From a virus, in IMG/VR virus record IMGVR_UViG_3300046522_000297, positions 32,001 to 96,000 of that record: a stretch of DNA of 64,000 nucleotides; one strand, 5' to 3'. Below the pieces are notes generated by a model that saw only the letters and a program-made list of their open reading frames with translations, made no database searches and was not told where the DNA came from. Shown piece by piece: positions 47,569 to 57,772 of the stretch (positions are counted from its first letter, which is position 1; each line of letters opens with the position of its first letter). The position numbers and the translations under genes are program-made.

Positions 47569-48426
47569 ATGCCGACTCAAGAACAGACTCACAAAATCTA
47601 CGTACTGTATCATGCTCATTGTACGGACGGTACCGGTAGTAAGTACGCAGCCTGGAAAAGGCTCCACCACAGGGCGACGTACATCGCTGTGAACTACAAT
47701 CAGCCGATGCCGGAGCTGGAGCCGGGGAGTGAGATCTATATCGTTGACTTCTCCTACCCTAAAACCGTTTTAGAGGCCCTACAAGCCACGCACAAGAGTG
47801 TGGTAGTACTCGACCACCATAAGACCGCTGAAGAGGCTCTGAGGGGCGTTAAAGGCTGCGTATTCGATATGCACAGGAGTGGGTGCGTCATGGCGTGGGA
47901 ATATTTCCACCCCAACACCCCTGTTCCGAATCTTTTGCTCGATATCCAGGATCGGGATCTGTGGAAGTTCGAACGTCCCAATTCCAAAGCAGTACATGCA
48001 GGTTTGAATCTCCTGGAAGGGGACATGCATGAATGGGATAAAGCGGCGACTATTCCGAACCATTACGACAAGCTGGTGAAGTCGGGTAATTTACTGCTTA
48101 AGAAACAAGATCTGGCAGTGAAGTCCGCTGTCAAGAGTAAGACTAAAGTTATTGACTTTTTAGGTTACAAGTGTGGCATCACAAATCAGACTGACTTATC
48201 GAGCGAGATTGGCAATGGTATCTGTTTGAGCAAAGAGTTGAACGTTGACTTCGCCGTTGTATATTGTATTACGGCTAAGGATGATGTACTATTGTCGTTC
48301 CGTAGCTTGGACGACTTTGATGTAAGTGAGCTGGCCAAGAAGTTTGGTGGGGGCGGTCATAAAAACGCGTCGGGTGCATCTGTAAATATTGAGACTTTGG
48401 TGAGTATCTTGAAAGGTGGAATGTGA
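47569..48426 (+). CDS. DHH/DHHA1 phosphoesterase
   Basis: YHAHCTDG, IVDFS, LDHH, SFRS, GGGGHKNASG. Confidence 0.92.
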   Translation: MPTQEQTHKIYVLYHAHCTDGTGSKYAAWKRLHHRATYIAVNYNQPMPELEPGSEIYIVDFSYPKTVLEALQATHKSVVVLDHHKTAEEALRGVKGCVFDMHRSGCVMAWEYFHPNTPVPNLLLDIQDRDLWKFERPNSKAVHAGLNLLEGDMHEWDKAATIPNHYDKLVKSGNLLLKKQDLAVKSAVKSKTKVIDFLGYKCGITNQTDLSSEIGNGICLSKELNVDFAVVYCITAKDDVLLSFRSLDDFDVSELAKKFGGGGHKNASGASVNIETLVSILKGGM

Positions 48427-48719
48427 ACGTATCTTTAGATTGGGATGGGACTTACACCCGAGATCCCGAGTGCTGGAATGAAATTATTGACACTTTCCAA
48501 AAAAATGGACATTCTGTATTTTTGGTAACGATGAGAACCCCCGATGAAGGTAGAGACGTCCGGGAAGCTTTACAGAACAAGGTTGATGGTATTTTCTTTA
48601 CGTCAAGGAAAGCCAAACAACCTTTCATGTTTGAACGAGGTATTTCCATAGATGTATGGCTGGACGACATCCCCTACTTTGTAAACAACCATGCCCCTGC
48701 CCCGGTAAGGGTGGGCTGA
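48423..48719 (+). CDS. minimal HAD-like protein
   Basis: LDWDGTYT, VTMR, DVWLDD. Confidence 0.75.
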   Translation: MNVSLDWDGTYTRDPECWNEIIDTFQKNGHSVFLVTMRTPDEGRDVREALQNKVDGIFFTSRKAKQPFMFERGISIDVWLDDIPYFVNNHAPAPVRVG

Positions 48720-48748
48720 AATAAAAATTTAACTAGAAAAATAATAAT

Positions 48749-49183
48749 ATGAGCGATAAAGAACAAGTATACACTGACGAACTCTTTAATACGGCTGTTG
48801 GGTGTTTGCCGATTTATGAGCTTTTTGAGAAAGATACGTATGAAGAAGATAATCTCAGCATTGCAGGTTGCAATCCTGATCCTGAGCCTGGTGCAGCAAT
48901 TCCGGAATCGGCGATCGGGTTCCTAGAAGAAGCTCGTAAGCAGATGGAGGCAAGGGCTCAGCTTCGTGATAGTCAATCCGGAGAGCGCACTGCGGCCAAG
49001 ATTGCGGCAGTGTTCAATGCTCTTACGGATCACAACCTTACTGAAGCAGATGCCTGGACCTTCCTCATTGTTATGAAGATGGTTAGAGCCCAGGCCGGTA
49101 ATTATCATAGGGATGATTATGTCGACGGAGCGGCCTACATGTCGCTACTGGGAGAATGTGAAAGTGTAAGGGAACACAAATGA
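48749..49183 (+). CDS. DUF6378-like all-alpha NTP pyrophosphatase-related protein
   Basis: MKMVR...HRDDYVDGAAY. Confidence 0.7.
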   Translation: MSDKEQVYTDELFNTAVGCLPIYELFEKDTYEEDNLSIAGCNPDPEPGAAIPESAIGFLEEARKQMEARAQLRDSQSGERTAAKIAAVFNALTDHNLTEADAWTFLIVMKMVRAQAGNYHRDDYVDGAAYMSLLGECESVREHK

Positions 49184-49452
49184 TTCAAAATGATATCGTG
49201 GATACGGCGTGGGGAGCGCCTTTGAAACCTGAGGTGAAATCCTTGGCGTCAGAGGCTTTGGCACCCGTGCCTAAATTTATCATCGGCAGTATGGTTCAGG
49301 GGGTGACTGATAACCTGACCAAACTCTGCGACATGATCGAAGGTGACATTGAATACTTCAATAAGTACCTAGGTCAAGCTATGGCAGTCAATCGCCTTGC
49401 TATGATCAAGTACTTCATTAAGAATGAAATCAAAGCCTTGCAAGCCCTGTAA
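49180..49452 (+). CDS. hypothetical protein
   Basis: 90 aa, ATGA coupled. Confidence 0.6.
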   Translation: MIQNDIVDTAWGAPLKPEVKSLASEALAPVPKFIIGSMVQGVTDNLTKLCDMIEGDIEYFNKYLGQAMAVNRLAMIKYFIKNEIKALQAL

Positions 49453-49488
49453 TACGCAACAAACTCTAATAATAACAGAATAAGAACA

Positions 49489-50211
49489 ATGAATAAAATC
49501 AACGTCAAACAAGTAGAAACCATGCTGGCCCTCCAGGAAGCTTCTTGCGCTATGTATAATCCTAACTGGAGAAAGGACCGCCCGGCATATACCGATGCGA
49601 TCTGGACCGAAGCGGCTGAAGCGTATAACCATACGAATTGGGAATGGTGGAAGAAACAGAGTGATACCATTGACTACGGTCAGATCAACATGGAAGTCGT
49701 CGATGTGTGGCACTTTGTTCTTTCCGAACTTCTACTCCATGAAGAAGTCGACGGAGTTACTTACACCGGTCTGATCGAGACTATCGACAAAGAAGTTCAA
49801 GCGGTTGATCTTGGCTTCGGTATCGAGGCTGTAAAGAGAGCCCTTAAAACCATCGTCGGTTCTGCTATTGTTCCGCCGGACGAGTCCCGCATCATTATGA
49901 TCCTGGCCTCATTCATCCGGCTGCTTAGAACTCTTAACATGTCGTGGGATACGCTATACAAGCTTTACGTTGGTAAGAATGCCCTGAATCAATTTAGACA
50001 GGATAACGGGTATAAGACTGATACTAAAGCCTATAAAGCAAAATGGGCTGAAGAAAAGGGTTGGGAAGATAATCAATATCTGACCGAGTACTTAAACACC
50101 TTGGAGAGTATCCCGGAGGATTCGGCAGAATTCCGAAAGCAAATCATGGATGCTCTTCAGACCATGTACAATAGTAAAGATGGGTCACAGACTAATAAAA
50201 ACGAGAATTAA
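49489..50211 (+). CDS. Dimeric (all-alpha) dUTPase
   Basis: WEWWKK, MEVVDVWHFVLS, YVGKNALNQFRQDNGYK, EDN. Confidence 0.92.
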   Translation: MNKINVKQVETMLALQEASCAMYNPNWRKDRPAYTDAIWTEAAEAYNHTNWEWWKKQSDTIDYGQINMEVVDVWHFVLSELLLHEEVDGVTYTGLIETIDKEVQAVDLGFGIEAVKRALKTIVGSAIVPPDESRIIMILASFIRLLRTLNMSWDTLYKLYVGKNALNQFRQDNGYKTDTKAYKAKWAEEKGWEDNQYLTEYLNTLESIPEDSAEFRKQIMDALQTMYNSKDGSQTNKNEN

Positions 50212-50584
50212 GGTTTATCTCGACGTAGAAATTGCGGATGTGGATTATGATAACGAGCCTTCGATTCTTCATTTGACACATCCAAAGCTTGATGGCATTC
50301 TTGAACTTTATTTAGATAAGGGTGAGGTGCCGGAAGACAGACTGGAGAGGATTGAGTGCTATGATGGGGAGGAACCTGAAGAGGAGTACGGTGCAAAATA
50401 CGATCCTTTTAAGCGTAACAATCCTTCTGTTATACACTTGGGATCTTCTTCCAGTTCTTCGAGCAGTTCTGGAAGCAGTCTCGGAAGAGTTTCAGGATCA
50501 CCTGATTCTCTCGATGACCGTCTTGTTAAGTTAGCAGGACTAGCAGGGAAAATACGGGGCCAACTAAAAGGCTTCAAGAAGTGA
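50180..50584 (+). CDS. hypothetical acidic/Ser-rich protein
   Basis: ORF overlapping the dUTPase end. Confidence 0.55.
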   Translation: MGHRLIKTRIKVYLDVEIADVDYDNEPSILHLTHPKLDGILELYLDKGEVPEDRLERIECYDGEEPEEEYGAKYDPFKRNNPSVIHLGSSSSSSSSSGSSLGRVSGSPDSLDDRLVKLAGLAGKIRGQLKGFKK

Positions 50585-50703
50585 TGAAGGCCGGGTTAAT
50601 AGCCCGGCTTTTTTTTTTAGATTAATGAGGCTATTTTTGGTATAAGAATAGTATATAGATATATATTACCTATCTTTACCGATACTTTAATCCGAGGGAA
50701 TAC

Positions 50704-51072
50704 ATGAGCTCAATATCATATCAGATCATAGGGTGTGCTCTGCTCTTAACCGCAATACTATACTTAACCTACGAGATCCATAAACATCGCCCAGATCCCA
50801 TCGGCCAGTGGCTTGGAGAAGTTTACTTAGTTAGTAAACATGGACGGGCACTCGTGTTCCGGAATAGATACTCAAGTGGACCTGCGGCGGGTCTGGCAGC
50901 AGAGGCGGCTGCTAAAAGGCTCCATAAAAAATTCAAAAAGTTTGAAATTCACTGCCCTGAAGAACATACATATTTAGTGGGTATTGAATATGTAACCATC
51001 GTCTGGTCTCTGAATGTCGTAGGCCGGTCCTCCTATGAATATTTGAAGCCCGTGAACACCCATAACATCTAA
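50704..51072 (+). CDS. membrane-anchored hypothetical protein (paralog A)
   Basis: TM + HKHRPDP.G.WL..VY.VS. Confidence 0.65.
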   Translation: MSSISYQIIGCALLLTAILYLTYEIHKHRPDPIGQWLGEVYLVSKHGRALVFRNRYSSGPAAGLAAEAAAKRLHKKFKKFEIHCPEEHTYLVGIEYVTIVWSLNVVGRSSYEYLKPVNTHNI

Positions 51073-51085
51073 CAAAGGAAAAGAA

Positions 51086-51436
51086 ATGACCCCTATCATT
51101 GCTTACGTCATTATCCCTACGCTGCTCATCCTCATCGGTGGTTTCGGCATGTACCATCAACATAACAAACACCGGCCGGATCCCTGCGGCGAATGGCTGG
51201 CTAAAGTCTACGCAGTGTCCAACCGCCACAGCAAGAGGTTAGTATTCCAACAAAGATACGAATCGTTAGTCAAGGCGGAAACTGTTGCCAAGGCCAAAGC
51301 CGATAAGCTCTATGTCACTCTCTCTAAACTTCCGAACGGAGGGGAGACTGAATTCGATTACCTCATGTACGATACCGGTATCGTAAGTAGGTCCTCTCCA
51401 TATGCAGTATCTCCTGTAAATGTGTACGGGATATAA
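51086..51436 (+). CDS. membrane-anchored hypothetical protein (paralog B)
   Basis: TM + NKHRPDPCGEWLAKVYAVS. Confidence 0.65.
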   Translation: MTPIIAYVIIPTLLILIGGFGMYHQHNKHRPDPCGEWLAKVYAVSNRHSKRLVFQQRYESLVKAETVAKAKADKLYVTLSKLPNGGETEFDYLMYDTGIVSRSSPYAVSPVNVYGI

Positions 51437-51437
51437 T

Positions 51438-51469
51438 AAAAAAGCCAGGTTTATAGCCTGGCTTTTTTT
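51438..51469. terminator. Bidirectional terminator at the convergence of + and - gene blocks
   Basis: AAAAAAGCCAGG-TTTATAG-CCTGGCTTTTTT. Confidence 0.8.
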
Positions 51470-51473
51470 AGCT

Positions 51474-51749
51474 TCATTTAGTACATTCACCTAGAGCAGC
51501 TTTGAGTTCCGTGTTCTGGCCTCTCAGTAACTTATTCTCGGACGCTAGAGCCACTGTTTTCTCATACAGCGTCATATCCTTATCCAAGTACTGAGTCGGG
51601 TACTCAGTTATTTCAGTGACTTTCACTGTAGGTTCACATTTGGTTGCTATCGGAACGTGGACTACCTGAGTCTTAGTAACTGGGTTAGTACCACAACCTG
51701 ATAACAGCAGCATACTCGTCAAAAGCAATACGATACATAGTTTGATCAT
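51474..51749 (-). CDS. o-spanin (lipoprotein)
   Basis: Lipobox LSG-C, follows the i-spanin. Confidence 0.8.
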   Translation of the reverse strand: MIKLCIVLLLTSMLLLSGCGTNPVTKTQVVHVPIATKCEPTVKVTEITEYPTQYLDKDMTLYEKTVALASENKLLRGQNTELKAALGECTK

Positions 51750-52192
51750 TTTGGACTCCTTGCATCAATCAGCTCATTCATAAGTTGTTGAGTAGCAAGA
51801 TAATCCTTCAACTGAACGTCTTTGTCGTTGCCACCATACTGAGACTGGTTCTTGGAAGTTATCACGGGTTGGACAGGCTTACGAGAGAGGAGGCTCTCGG
51901 AGGCCTTATAATCGACTACCGCCTGTTTTTTAGCCTCATCTAGTGCTGCCCTAGCCTTGGCAGTGATTTCGCCTTCACGGGCCTTTAAAGCGTCCGTAGC
52001 GTTACTACATTCCGTCAGGGCCGATACTTTATCGTCATAGGACTCTTTCAAGGCAGCGAAATTCATTTCCAGGACTCTGTATTTGTCTGATAGATGATTA
52101 TAGTACAATCCTAGCCCCACTATAAGCATGATTACCAACCCACATACGATTTGTTTAATAGATAGTTTTGGCATAGTAGGAATTCCACACAT
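51746..52192 (-). CDS. i-spanin
   Basis: N-terminal TM + coiled coil, follows the endolysin. Confidence 0.78.
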   Translation of the reverse strand: MCGIPTMPKLSIKQIVCGLVIMLIVGLGLYYNHLSDKYRVLEMNFAALKESYDDKVSALTECSNATDALKAREGEITAKARAALDEAKKQAVVDYKASESLLSRKPVQPVITSKNQSQYGGNDKDVQLKDYLATQQLMNELIDARSPK

Positions 52193-52728
52193 TATATACC
52201 TAGTACTTTTTTAGCTCTAGCCCAGTAGTTTTTACGGTCTTCGAGACCATTATATCCGCCATTGATACGTTTTGTAACTAGTTTGAAAGCGTCTTCCGTG
52301 TTAGTAACGGCGATGGTGTTCAGCTTTCTACTATTCCAAAACCATCCTGCGCTCTTAGTTGCCCACTCTGGGGTCTCCAGGAGTTCTGGCTTGTTTATGA
52401 AATCTACGCCGAATGCTTTGGACAGTTCAGCGTAATTTGCACGGCCGGTAATCTGTATAAGACCGCGACCTTTAAAACGGACACCGTCACCTTTTTGGAC
52501 GTTGCCCAGATCTTTTCTGCCTTCATAGGCTTCACCACTTGCTAGCTCCTTAGTATAGATACAGGCTCCAGACTCATGCATAATTTGGGCGATGAACATT
52601 GCTACCTGGCTTGGCGTACTGATGCCATAAGTTCCAAGAGTCTCATTGATGTACATAGTGTACACGCTAAGCTTAGGTTCTTTGATAGTCGGTGCAATGG
52701 CGGAGAACTGTTCTTTCGTTAAGGACAT
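52192..52728 (-). CDS. Endolysin, glycoside hydrolase family 19
   Basis: FIAQIMHES, FKGRGLIQITGRANY, INGGYNGLEDR. Confidence 0.93.
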   Translation of the reverse strand: MSLTKEQFSAIAPTIKEPKLSVYTMYINETLGTYGISTPSQVAMFIAQIMHESGACIYTKELASGEAYEGRKDLGNVQKGDGVRFKGRGLIQITGRANYAELSKAFGVDFINKPELLETPEWATKSAGWFWNSRKLNTIAVTNTEDAFKLVTKRINGGYNGLEDRKNYWARAKKVLGI

Positions 52729-52733
52729 GGCGA

Positions 52734-53096
52734 TTACTTCTTAGAGAATATTTCTTTCAATAGCTGTTTAATCTTATTACGGAAGGGTGCTTTCATCAAG
52801 ATGGACGCTTCATAAAACAAAATCCAGCTTAGTAAAATCACCATCGTAATTTGAAAAGTATTAAACGTGGCATGATATTTTAGGAATTCATCAGGGGCCA
52901 GGATAATCATAAATAGATTACTAATGGCCTCTATATTAATGAATGCCAACATGTATTTCAGGGACATTATCCCTATACCTTTTATGTTAGTCAGTTCCAG
53001 GGCGGCAATAAAAGATACCACCCCTAAAACAATACATAGCAGGGCTGTAGAGAACAGCTCCGGGCTTGTGATTATGAGATACAGATTCTCCATCAT
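52734..53096 (-). CDS. membrane protein (holin/antiholin candidate)
   Basis: 3 TM segments, in the lysis cassette. Confidence 0.55.
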   Translation of the reverse strand: MMENLYLIITSPELFSTALLCIVLGVVSFIAALELTNIKGIGIMSLKYMLAFINIEAISNLFMIILAPDEFLKYHATFNTFQITMVILLSWILFYEASILMKAPFRNKIKQLLKEIFSKK

Positions 53097-53479
53097 TGGG
53101 CGTCCCCCTTGTCTTTCTCAGAACCTACAGTGGTTCCAATAGCTCTATTTACTAGGCTACTGATCACATCACCACCTCGGTCTTCGATCCATTTTAGTAA
53201 AGCTCTAACGACGAAAACCCCAGTTGCGCCCATAACCCAGGAAAGTGCAACAACCCCTTCCAGAGATGTAACACCGAGTTTCTGAGCAAGCCAAGGACCT
53301 ACAAAGATAGAGAAGTTGGACCCCGTTACCGCCATGAAGAATCCATTAATAGCTGTGATCTTGGCTCTGTCTGCCAAAGCAAGGATAGGTATAATACTTC
53401 CACATACCCCTGCTATAATGCTCCATATTTTCGCTATTGAAAAATAGGTAACAACTGATGTTGATACTGGTTCCGTCAT
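53093..53479 (-). CDS. putative holin
   Basis: MTEPVSTS start, 3 TM segments. Confidence 0.65.
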   Translation of the reverse strand: MTEPVSTSVVTYFSIAKIWSIIAGVCGSIIPILALADRAKITAINGFFMAVTGSNFSIFVGPWLAQKLGVTSLEGVVALSWVMGATGVFVVRALLKWIEDRGGDVISSLVNRAIGTTVGSEKDKGDAQ

Positions 53480-53499
53480 TTCTTTTTCCAGGTTAGTGA

Positions 53500-53784
53500 C
53501 TAGACGCCACGTGAGTTATTGCAATGATTCTCGTTGACTGCGTCAAGGAACTTACATAGTAAGCACCATACCTTTACGCCTTCGTCCCTACCCCTAGCAG
53601 ACCGAGAACTCATTGTTTCCGTATCCTTACCTCCAGTAGCAGCGTTCAGTAAGCGGTCGGAGGCAACGATCATCCTCCAAGCCCGCTCACTTCCCACCAG
53701 GATTGCTACAAAACCCCAAATAAAGGATACGACGTAGATTAATCCACAGCCCAGCCACAAGAGCAGTAAAACGAATCTATTCAT
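53500..53784 (-). CDS. conserved phage hypothetical protein
   Basis: DRLLNAATGG..ETMSSR...WC.LC..LD....HC. Confidence 0.7.
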   Translation of the reverse strand: MNRFVLLLLWLGCGLIYVVSFIWGFVAILVGSERAWRMIVASDRLLNAATGGKDTETMSSRSARGRDEGVKVWCLLCKFLDAVNENHCNNSRGV

Positions 53785-53793
53785 ATTAACACC

Positions 53794-54492
53794 TTATTTG
53801 GGCCAGCCTTCGTTAATATTCAGAGTGTTCAGGTCTGAGATATTAGTAGCAGCGGTCACAGCCGCCTTCAAACCCTTTGCAAACTCATGAAGAGCATTCG
53901 CATGTAAAGCCAGAGCTACTGGTAAAGCAAGGATCTCTGTGCCTTCGAAAGTCATAGTGGTATTATCCTGACACGTCCAAACGATAAAAAAAGTTTGTCC
54001 GTTCAGGGCAGCGATTTGAGCAGCTTGAACAGCAGTGTTTATTCGTTGAACACTACGTTCGTCAGAGTCAAAAACCTTGCCTTTATACGTGAAACCTGAG
54101 GCTTCCAATTGATCACGCTTGGTATTAATGTCAATGATTTTTTGAGCTTTAGCTTCTTCCAAGGTCAGAGGCCTACTTACAGTCACGCTGTTCTCAACCC
54201 CGACGAGACCTTTAACCAAGTTCATAGAGGTGTCAACTGTAGAGCTCTTAATCTTTTCCTGAAGATCAAACCACGCAGTTGGGCAGAATGCCATTATGTA
54301 GTCTACCAAGGCTTGCCCAGTTGGGACCGGAACGGGAAGAGTGACTAGGTAGTCTGTACGGTAAAGCCTAGGAGTACCATCTGGATTCCATGCAGAAACT
54401 AAGGAAGACTCCGGTAGGCTATCTGAGTAATAGCGCACTAGTACCTGATGTTCTTCAGGGATGGTATTTATGATTTTGTATTTTATGTCCAT
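53794..54492 (-). CDS. DUF4376-type tail fiber assembly protein
   Basis: AKAQK...GFTYKGKVFDSD...WTCQDN. Confidence 0.75.
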   Translation of the reverse strand: MDIKYKIINTIPEEHQVLVRYYSDSLPESSLVSAWNPDGTPRLYRTDYLVTLPVPVPTGQALVDYIMAFCPTAWFDLQEKIKSSTVDTSMNLVKGLVGVENSVTVSRPLTLEEAKAQKIIDINTKRDQLEASGFTYKGKVFDSDERSVQRINTAVQAAQIAALNGQTFFIVWTCQDNTTMTFEGTEILALPVALALHANALHEFAKGLKAAVTAATNISDLNTLNINEGWPK

Positions 54493-54493
54493 A

Positions 54494-55417
54494 TTAAGTA
54501 CTTGAAGTTGATCCTACTAAAGTTCCATTAGAGACGAACTTGACTAAAGAAGTCCCTTTTACACTATACCCCGATGGGCCGTCGTCTCCATCGCTAGAGT
54601 AATAGGTAGTCCCTGCAGCACCTGCCGGTCCCCCCGATCCGTTAGGCCAGTTGGTGATGATAATGCCCGGTGAATAAGTAGATCCCGTTATACCTGCACT
54701 ACCGGGTCTACCCACAGTACCTCCAGGCCCGCCATATCCCCCCGCCGCAGTACCCGTGTTGTTATTAGGCCCGCCACCGTAAGCTCCATTCATATACCAT
54801 TGACCTGTTCCCCCGTTACCTCCGGGATTATAAGTCCATAGAGAAGAGTTACCGGGATCGGAAGCCATAGCCCATCTTGAGCCACCGCCACCGCCACCGC
54901 CACCTCCGCCACCATCCCCTCCGTAACCTATGGCCCCATCGCCGCCATAGCCACCAGGTCCACCAGAGATAGTTCCAGAGTTATCTATCGCAAGGAGATA
55001 CTGAACTTTGATACCAGGAGCTCCCATTCCACCATCTCCAGCGTCATAAGCGAATCCGTTAGTACCCCTAGCCCCGCTAGAGCCGTTCTGGGCAAAAGTA
55101 ACGCCAGAACCACTGCCTCCGCTACCTCCGCTACCTCCGATCCCGCTGTTAGCTAGGATTGGAACTCCGTTAGAACCTTTTACTCCTCGACCACCCTTTA
55201 TAGTCCCAGTGTTCTTGAGGAATAGTTGAGAAGCAGCGTGCCAGCCAGTCCCAGTGTCAAGAGCGGGAGTACCGCTACCATCTGTACTTGTCAGGGTACC
55301 AGTAGCGACGCACGAAACTCTAACGGGTCCGATAGGGTTGCCGGCAGCAGTTCTCATGTTATAGTTAGAAGTGTTACCTGGAGTTAACACTATAGTTCGC
55401 ATTGGTACACAAAACAT
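54494..55417 (-). CDS. Glycine-rich tail fiber tip adhesin (gp38-like)
   Basis: Poly-Gly motifs GGGGGGG, IDNSGTISGG. Confidence 0.65.
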   Translation of the reverse strand: MFCVPMRTIVLTPGNTSNYNMRTAAGNPIGPVRVSCVATGTLTSTDGSGTPALDTGTGWHAASQLFLKNTGTIKGGRGVKGSNGVPILANSGIGGSGGSGGSGSGVTFAQNGSSGARGTNGFAYDAGDGGMGAPGIKVQYLLAIDNSGTISGGPGGYGGDGAIGYGGDGGGGGGGGGGGSRWAMASDPGNSSLWTYNPGGNGGTGQWYMNGAYGGGPNNNTGTAAGGYGGPGGTVGRPGSAGITGSTYSPGIIITNWPNGSGGPAGAAGTTYYSSDGDDGPSGYSVKGTSLVKFVSNGTLVGSTSST

Positions 55418-55785
55418 TACATGTTCCTTATGTATGAAACGTAGATATTAGTCCCGTCACAAATACCTGATATTAGGTCTACGGCATTTGCTGCGGTTGA
55501 TAGCACTGGTGCTACTTTCTCAGGCCAGTGGAATACGCTACCCCACGAAGTTACTGTTCTATTCCCCGTAGCATCTTGCCTTACGAAGAGAGAGACTCCG
55601 CCTACTTTTAAGTTTGTAGGGTTATTAATAACTCGATTTCCACTAAGAGTAACCGTAGCTATATTTCCCTTGCTGATGTTCCAGTCTATATTCGCTGCAT
55701 CAGTCAGCGTTTGAGAAACGTCTGGAGTCGCAGTAGTGCCAGTGCCACCACTATAGGTCCCAGATCCTGATAATGATCTTCCCAT
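55417..55785 (-). CDS. tail-associated protein
   Basis: LTDAANIDW...VTLSGNR...QDATGNRT..WG. Confidence 0.65.
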   Translation of the reverse strand: MGRSLSGSGTYSGGTGTTATPDVSQTLTDAANIDWNISKGNIATVTLSGNRVINNPTNLKVGGVSLFVRQDATGNRTVTSWGSVFHWPEKVAPVLSTAANAVDLISGICDGTNIYVSYIRNM

Positions 55786-55905
55786 TTGTTTATCCTTGTT
55801 GTTATAGCAGATTGCCTGCCATTTTATAAAAGTATTTTAACCAGTTAAGCTATATGTTCAAAATAAAACCCTCCGAAGAGGGTTTGTGTTAAGAATTTAA
55901 GAAAG

Positions 55906-57768
55906 TTATATACCTATCGCCGTTCTAGATATCCTTAGATTCGCAACATCAGTGGTACCAGAAGTGGTCGCATCGTTGGAGGATGCTGCGGGTATCAGTC
56001 CTACTCTAAGATGCGCTACATTGGCGGAGGCTGCTTTATGAGCAACTAAAAATTCCCCCCAAGAGGTAGGTATATTAGTAGTTCCATAAAATGAATTCGA
56101 TATAAAGGTACCTGAGCTATCATATTCCTGAACTATAACTGCAAATGACGTGGCAGTATTCTTCTTAATAGATAGCTTTACAAATAATCGAGAACCCACA
56201 GTTACGGGTATAAAGCTATTAATAGTATGCTGCCGTATATTAGACGTCGTATCATCATTTATCGTAACAGCTTGTGGTGCACCAAGGGGCTTCGTAGCGG
56301 CTACCGTGGTAGTTACGGCAGGATCTACGAAATATTTGAGTTTATTAGTAGTACTATCTATATCTAGCCATGGATTTGGATTCAGATTTACGTATCCACC
56401 CGAATTCACAAAATTCCCATAAACTGAGGCATCTGCAAACCCGGGGCAGTATAAATAGTCCTGTCCGTTTTCATCTGGATTTATACCTTTAACATGGTTC
56501 ACTCCCTGGATCTTAACTCCCAATGAAGCATTTTTACTACGGTTACCGGTTATTGTGCAACCAGACGCCCCTAATGGAATAGTACCATCGGTTCTACCAG
56601 TGCCGGATTCTATAGTAGCTATGTGAGCTCCTATGTTTTCCCCGTAATTATTTATACTTTCGCAATTGATCCCGTTGAGAATTCTAAATGCATTGGTAGT
56701 AATGTTCTTTACGATGTTATCGTATATACGCACTCCAATCGAAGGATGCCCTATTCCGCTCTCCTGTGTTCTACCGTAGTCTGTTACGAATACCCCAGAA
56801 ACTACTTTACCGCCGCCATTACATACGTTATGACCTATGTTTATTCTCTCACCTTGAACTTCTATGAAATCAGTAAAAGTACCTGGCCCCGTATAAGAGG
56901 ATTCTACGACGCATAGGTTATCGGATATAATCCCGTCGAAACTTCCGTCAACGCTGTGGTGACAGTCATACATATTTTTAGTATGATTACCTCTTATTAG
57001 GAAATGTGCACATCCACGTTTTATATCAGCCAACGTTCTGATGGATTCGGCGGTATTATCATTGATATTTATATATCTAAAATTAACGGTACTATACCCA
57101 TTACCTGCCGATGAATAATCCCAAGTTTGTTCAAATCTCACTGCATCCATAGATACTACCCCGGATACCCCTCCTAGAGATCTCTTATCTGGATTCGTTA
57201 TAAATTTACAACGAGTAACACTAATATTAGAACCTGAAGCAGAAACGTCTGTAGCTATGAACCTTATAAAATGATCCTGGGCATCTTGCATGGAGCAGTT
57301 AGTTACAGTGAACCCGTTTAAGGTTTCACCAGACCCCAGTTCAATAGAAATGATTGCATTATATTGATATCCGGGGTTGGCGACTCTTCTGCCATCGAAC
57401 TTCAGATTTCTTATATGAAAATTTAACAAAGATCCTGCGCCTGCTGCCTTGGATATACCCGCTTGAGATGTAGACACTTGGGTTTGTAATAGGGTACCAG
57501 TACCGTCTAATGTCACATTACTTTTAGGAGTAATCTGGCTAAACGAATAGTTTCCGTCAGGGATAATAACTAATCCTCCTCCTGCCAGATTAGAAGTATT
57601 TATAGCAGCTTGAATAGCAGCGGTATCATCTGTTACCCCATCTCCTTTAGCCCCAAAGTCCTTGACATTGATAATATCTCCAAACTTGTCCTTAAGGGTT
57701 CTCTCTACGGAATTTGTAAGGTCGGATTTGTGTTTAATTAGTTCAGTTGAAAGTTTAGTTAATGACAT
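55906..57768 (-). CDS. Tailspike / beta-helix depolymerase
   Basis: Start MSLTKLS; VKDFGAKGDGVTDDTAAIQAA; C-terminal CBM-like domain. Confidence 0.85.
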   Translation of the reverse strand: MSLTKLSTELIKHKSDLTNSVERTLKDKFGDIINVKDFGAKGDGVTDDTAAIQAAINTSNLAGGGLVIIPDGNYSFSQITPKSNVTLDGTGTLLQTQVSTSQAGISKAAGAGSLLNFHIRNLKFDGRRVANPGYQYNAIISIELGSGETLNGFTVTNCSMQDAQDHFIRFIATDVSASGSNISVTRCKFITNPDKRSLGGVSGVVSMDAVRFEQTWDYSSAGNGYSTVNFRYININDNTAESIRTLADIKRGCAHFLIRGNHTKNMYDCHHSVDGSFDGIISDNLCVVESSYTGPGTFTDFIEVQGERINIGHNVCNGGGKVVSGVFVTDYGRTQESGIGHPSIGVRIYDNIVKNITTNAFRILNGINCESINNYGENIGAHIATIESGTGRTDGTIPLGASGCTITGNRSKNASLGVKIQGVNHVKGINPDENGQDYLYCPGFADASVYGNFVNSGGYVNLNPNPWLDIDSTTNKLKYFVDPAVTTTVAATKPLGAPQAVTINDDTTSNIRQHTINSFIPVTVGSRLFVKLSIKKNTATSFAVIVQEYDSSGTFISNSFYGTTNIPTSWGEFLVAHKAASANVAHLRVGLIPAASSNDATTSGTTDVANLRISRTAIGI

Positions 57769-57772
57769 AGTT

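Noticed and set aside
54880-54960. CCACCG tandem repeat as a DNA element
   Set aside because: Explained by the poly-glycine coding of the adhesin.
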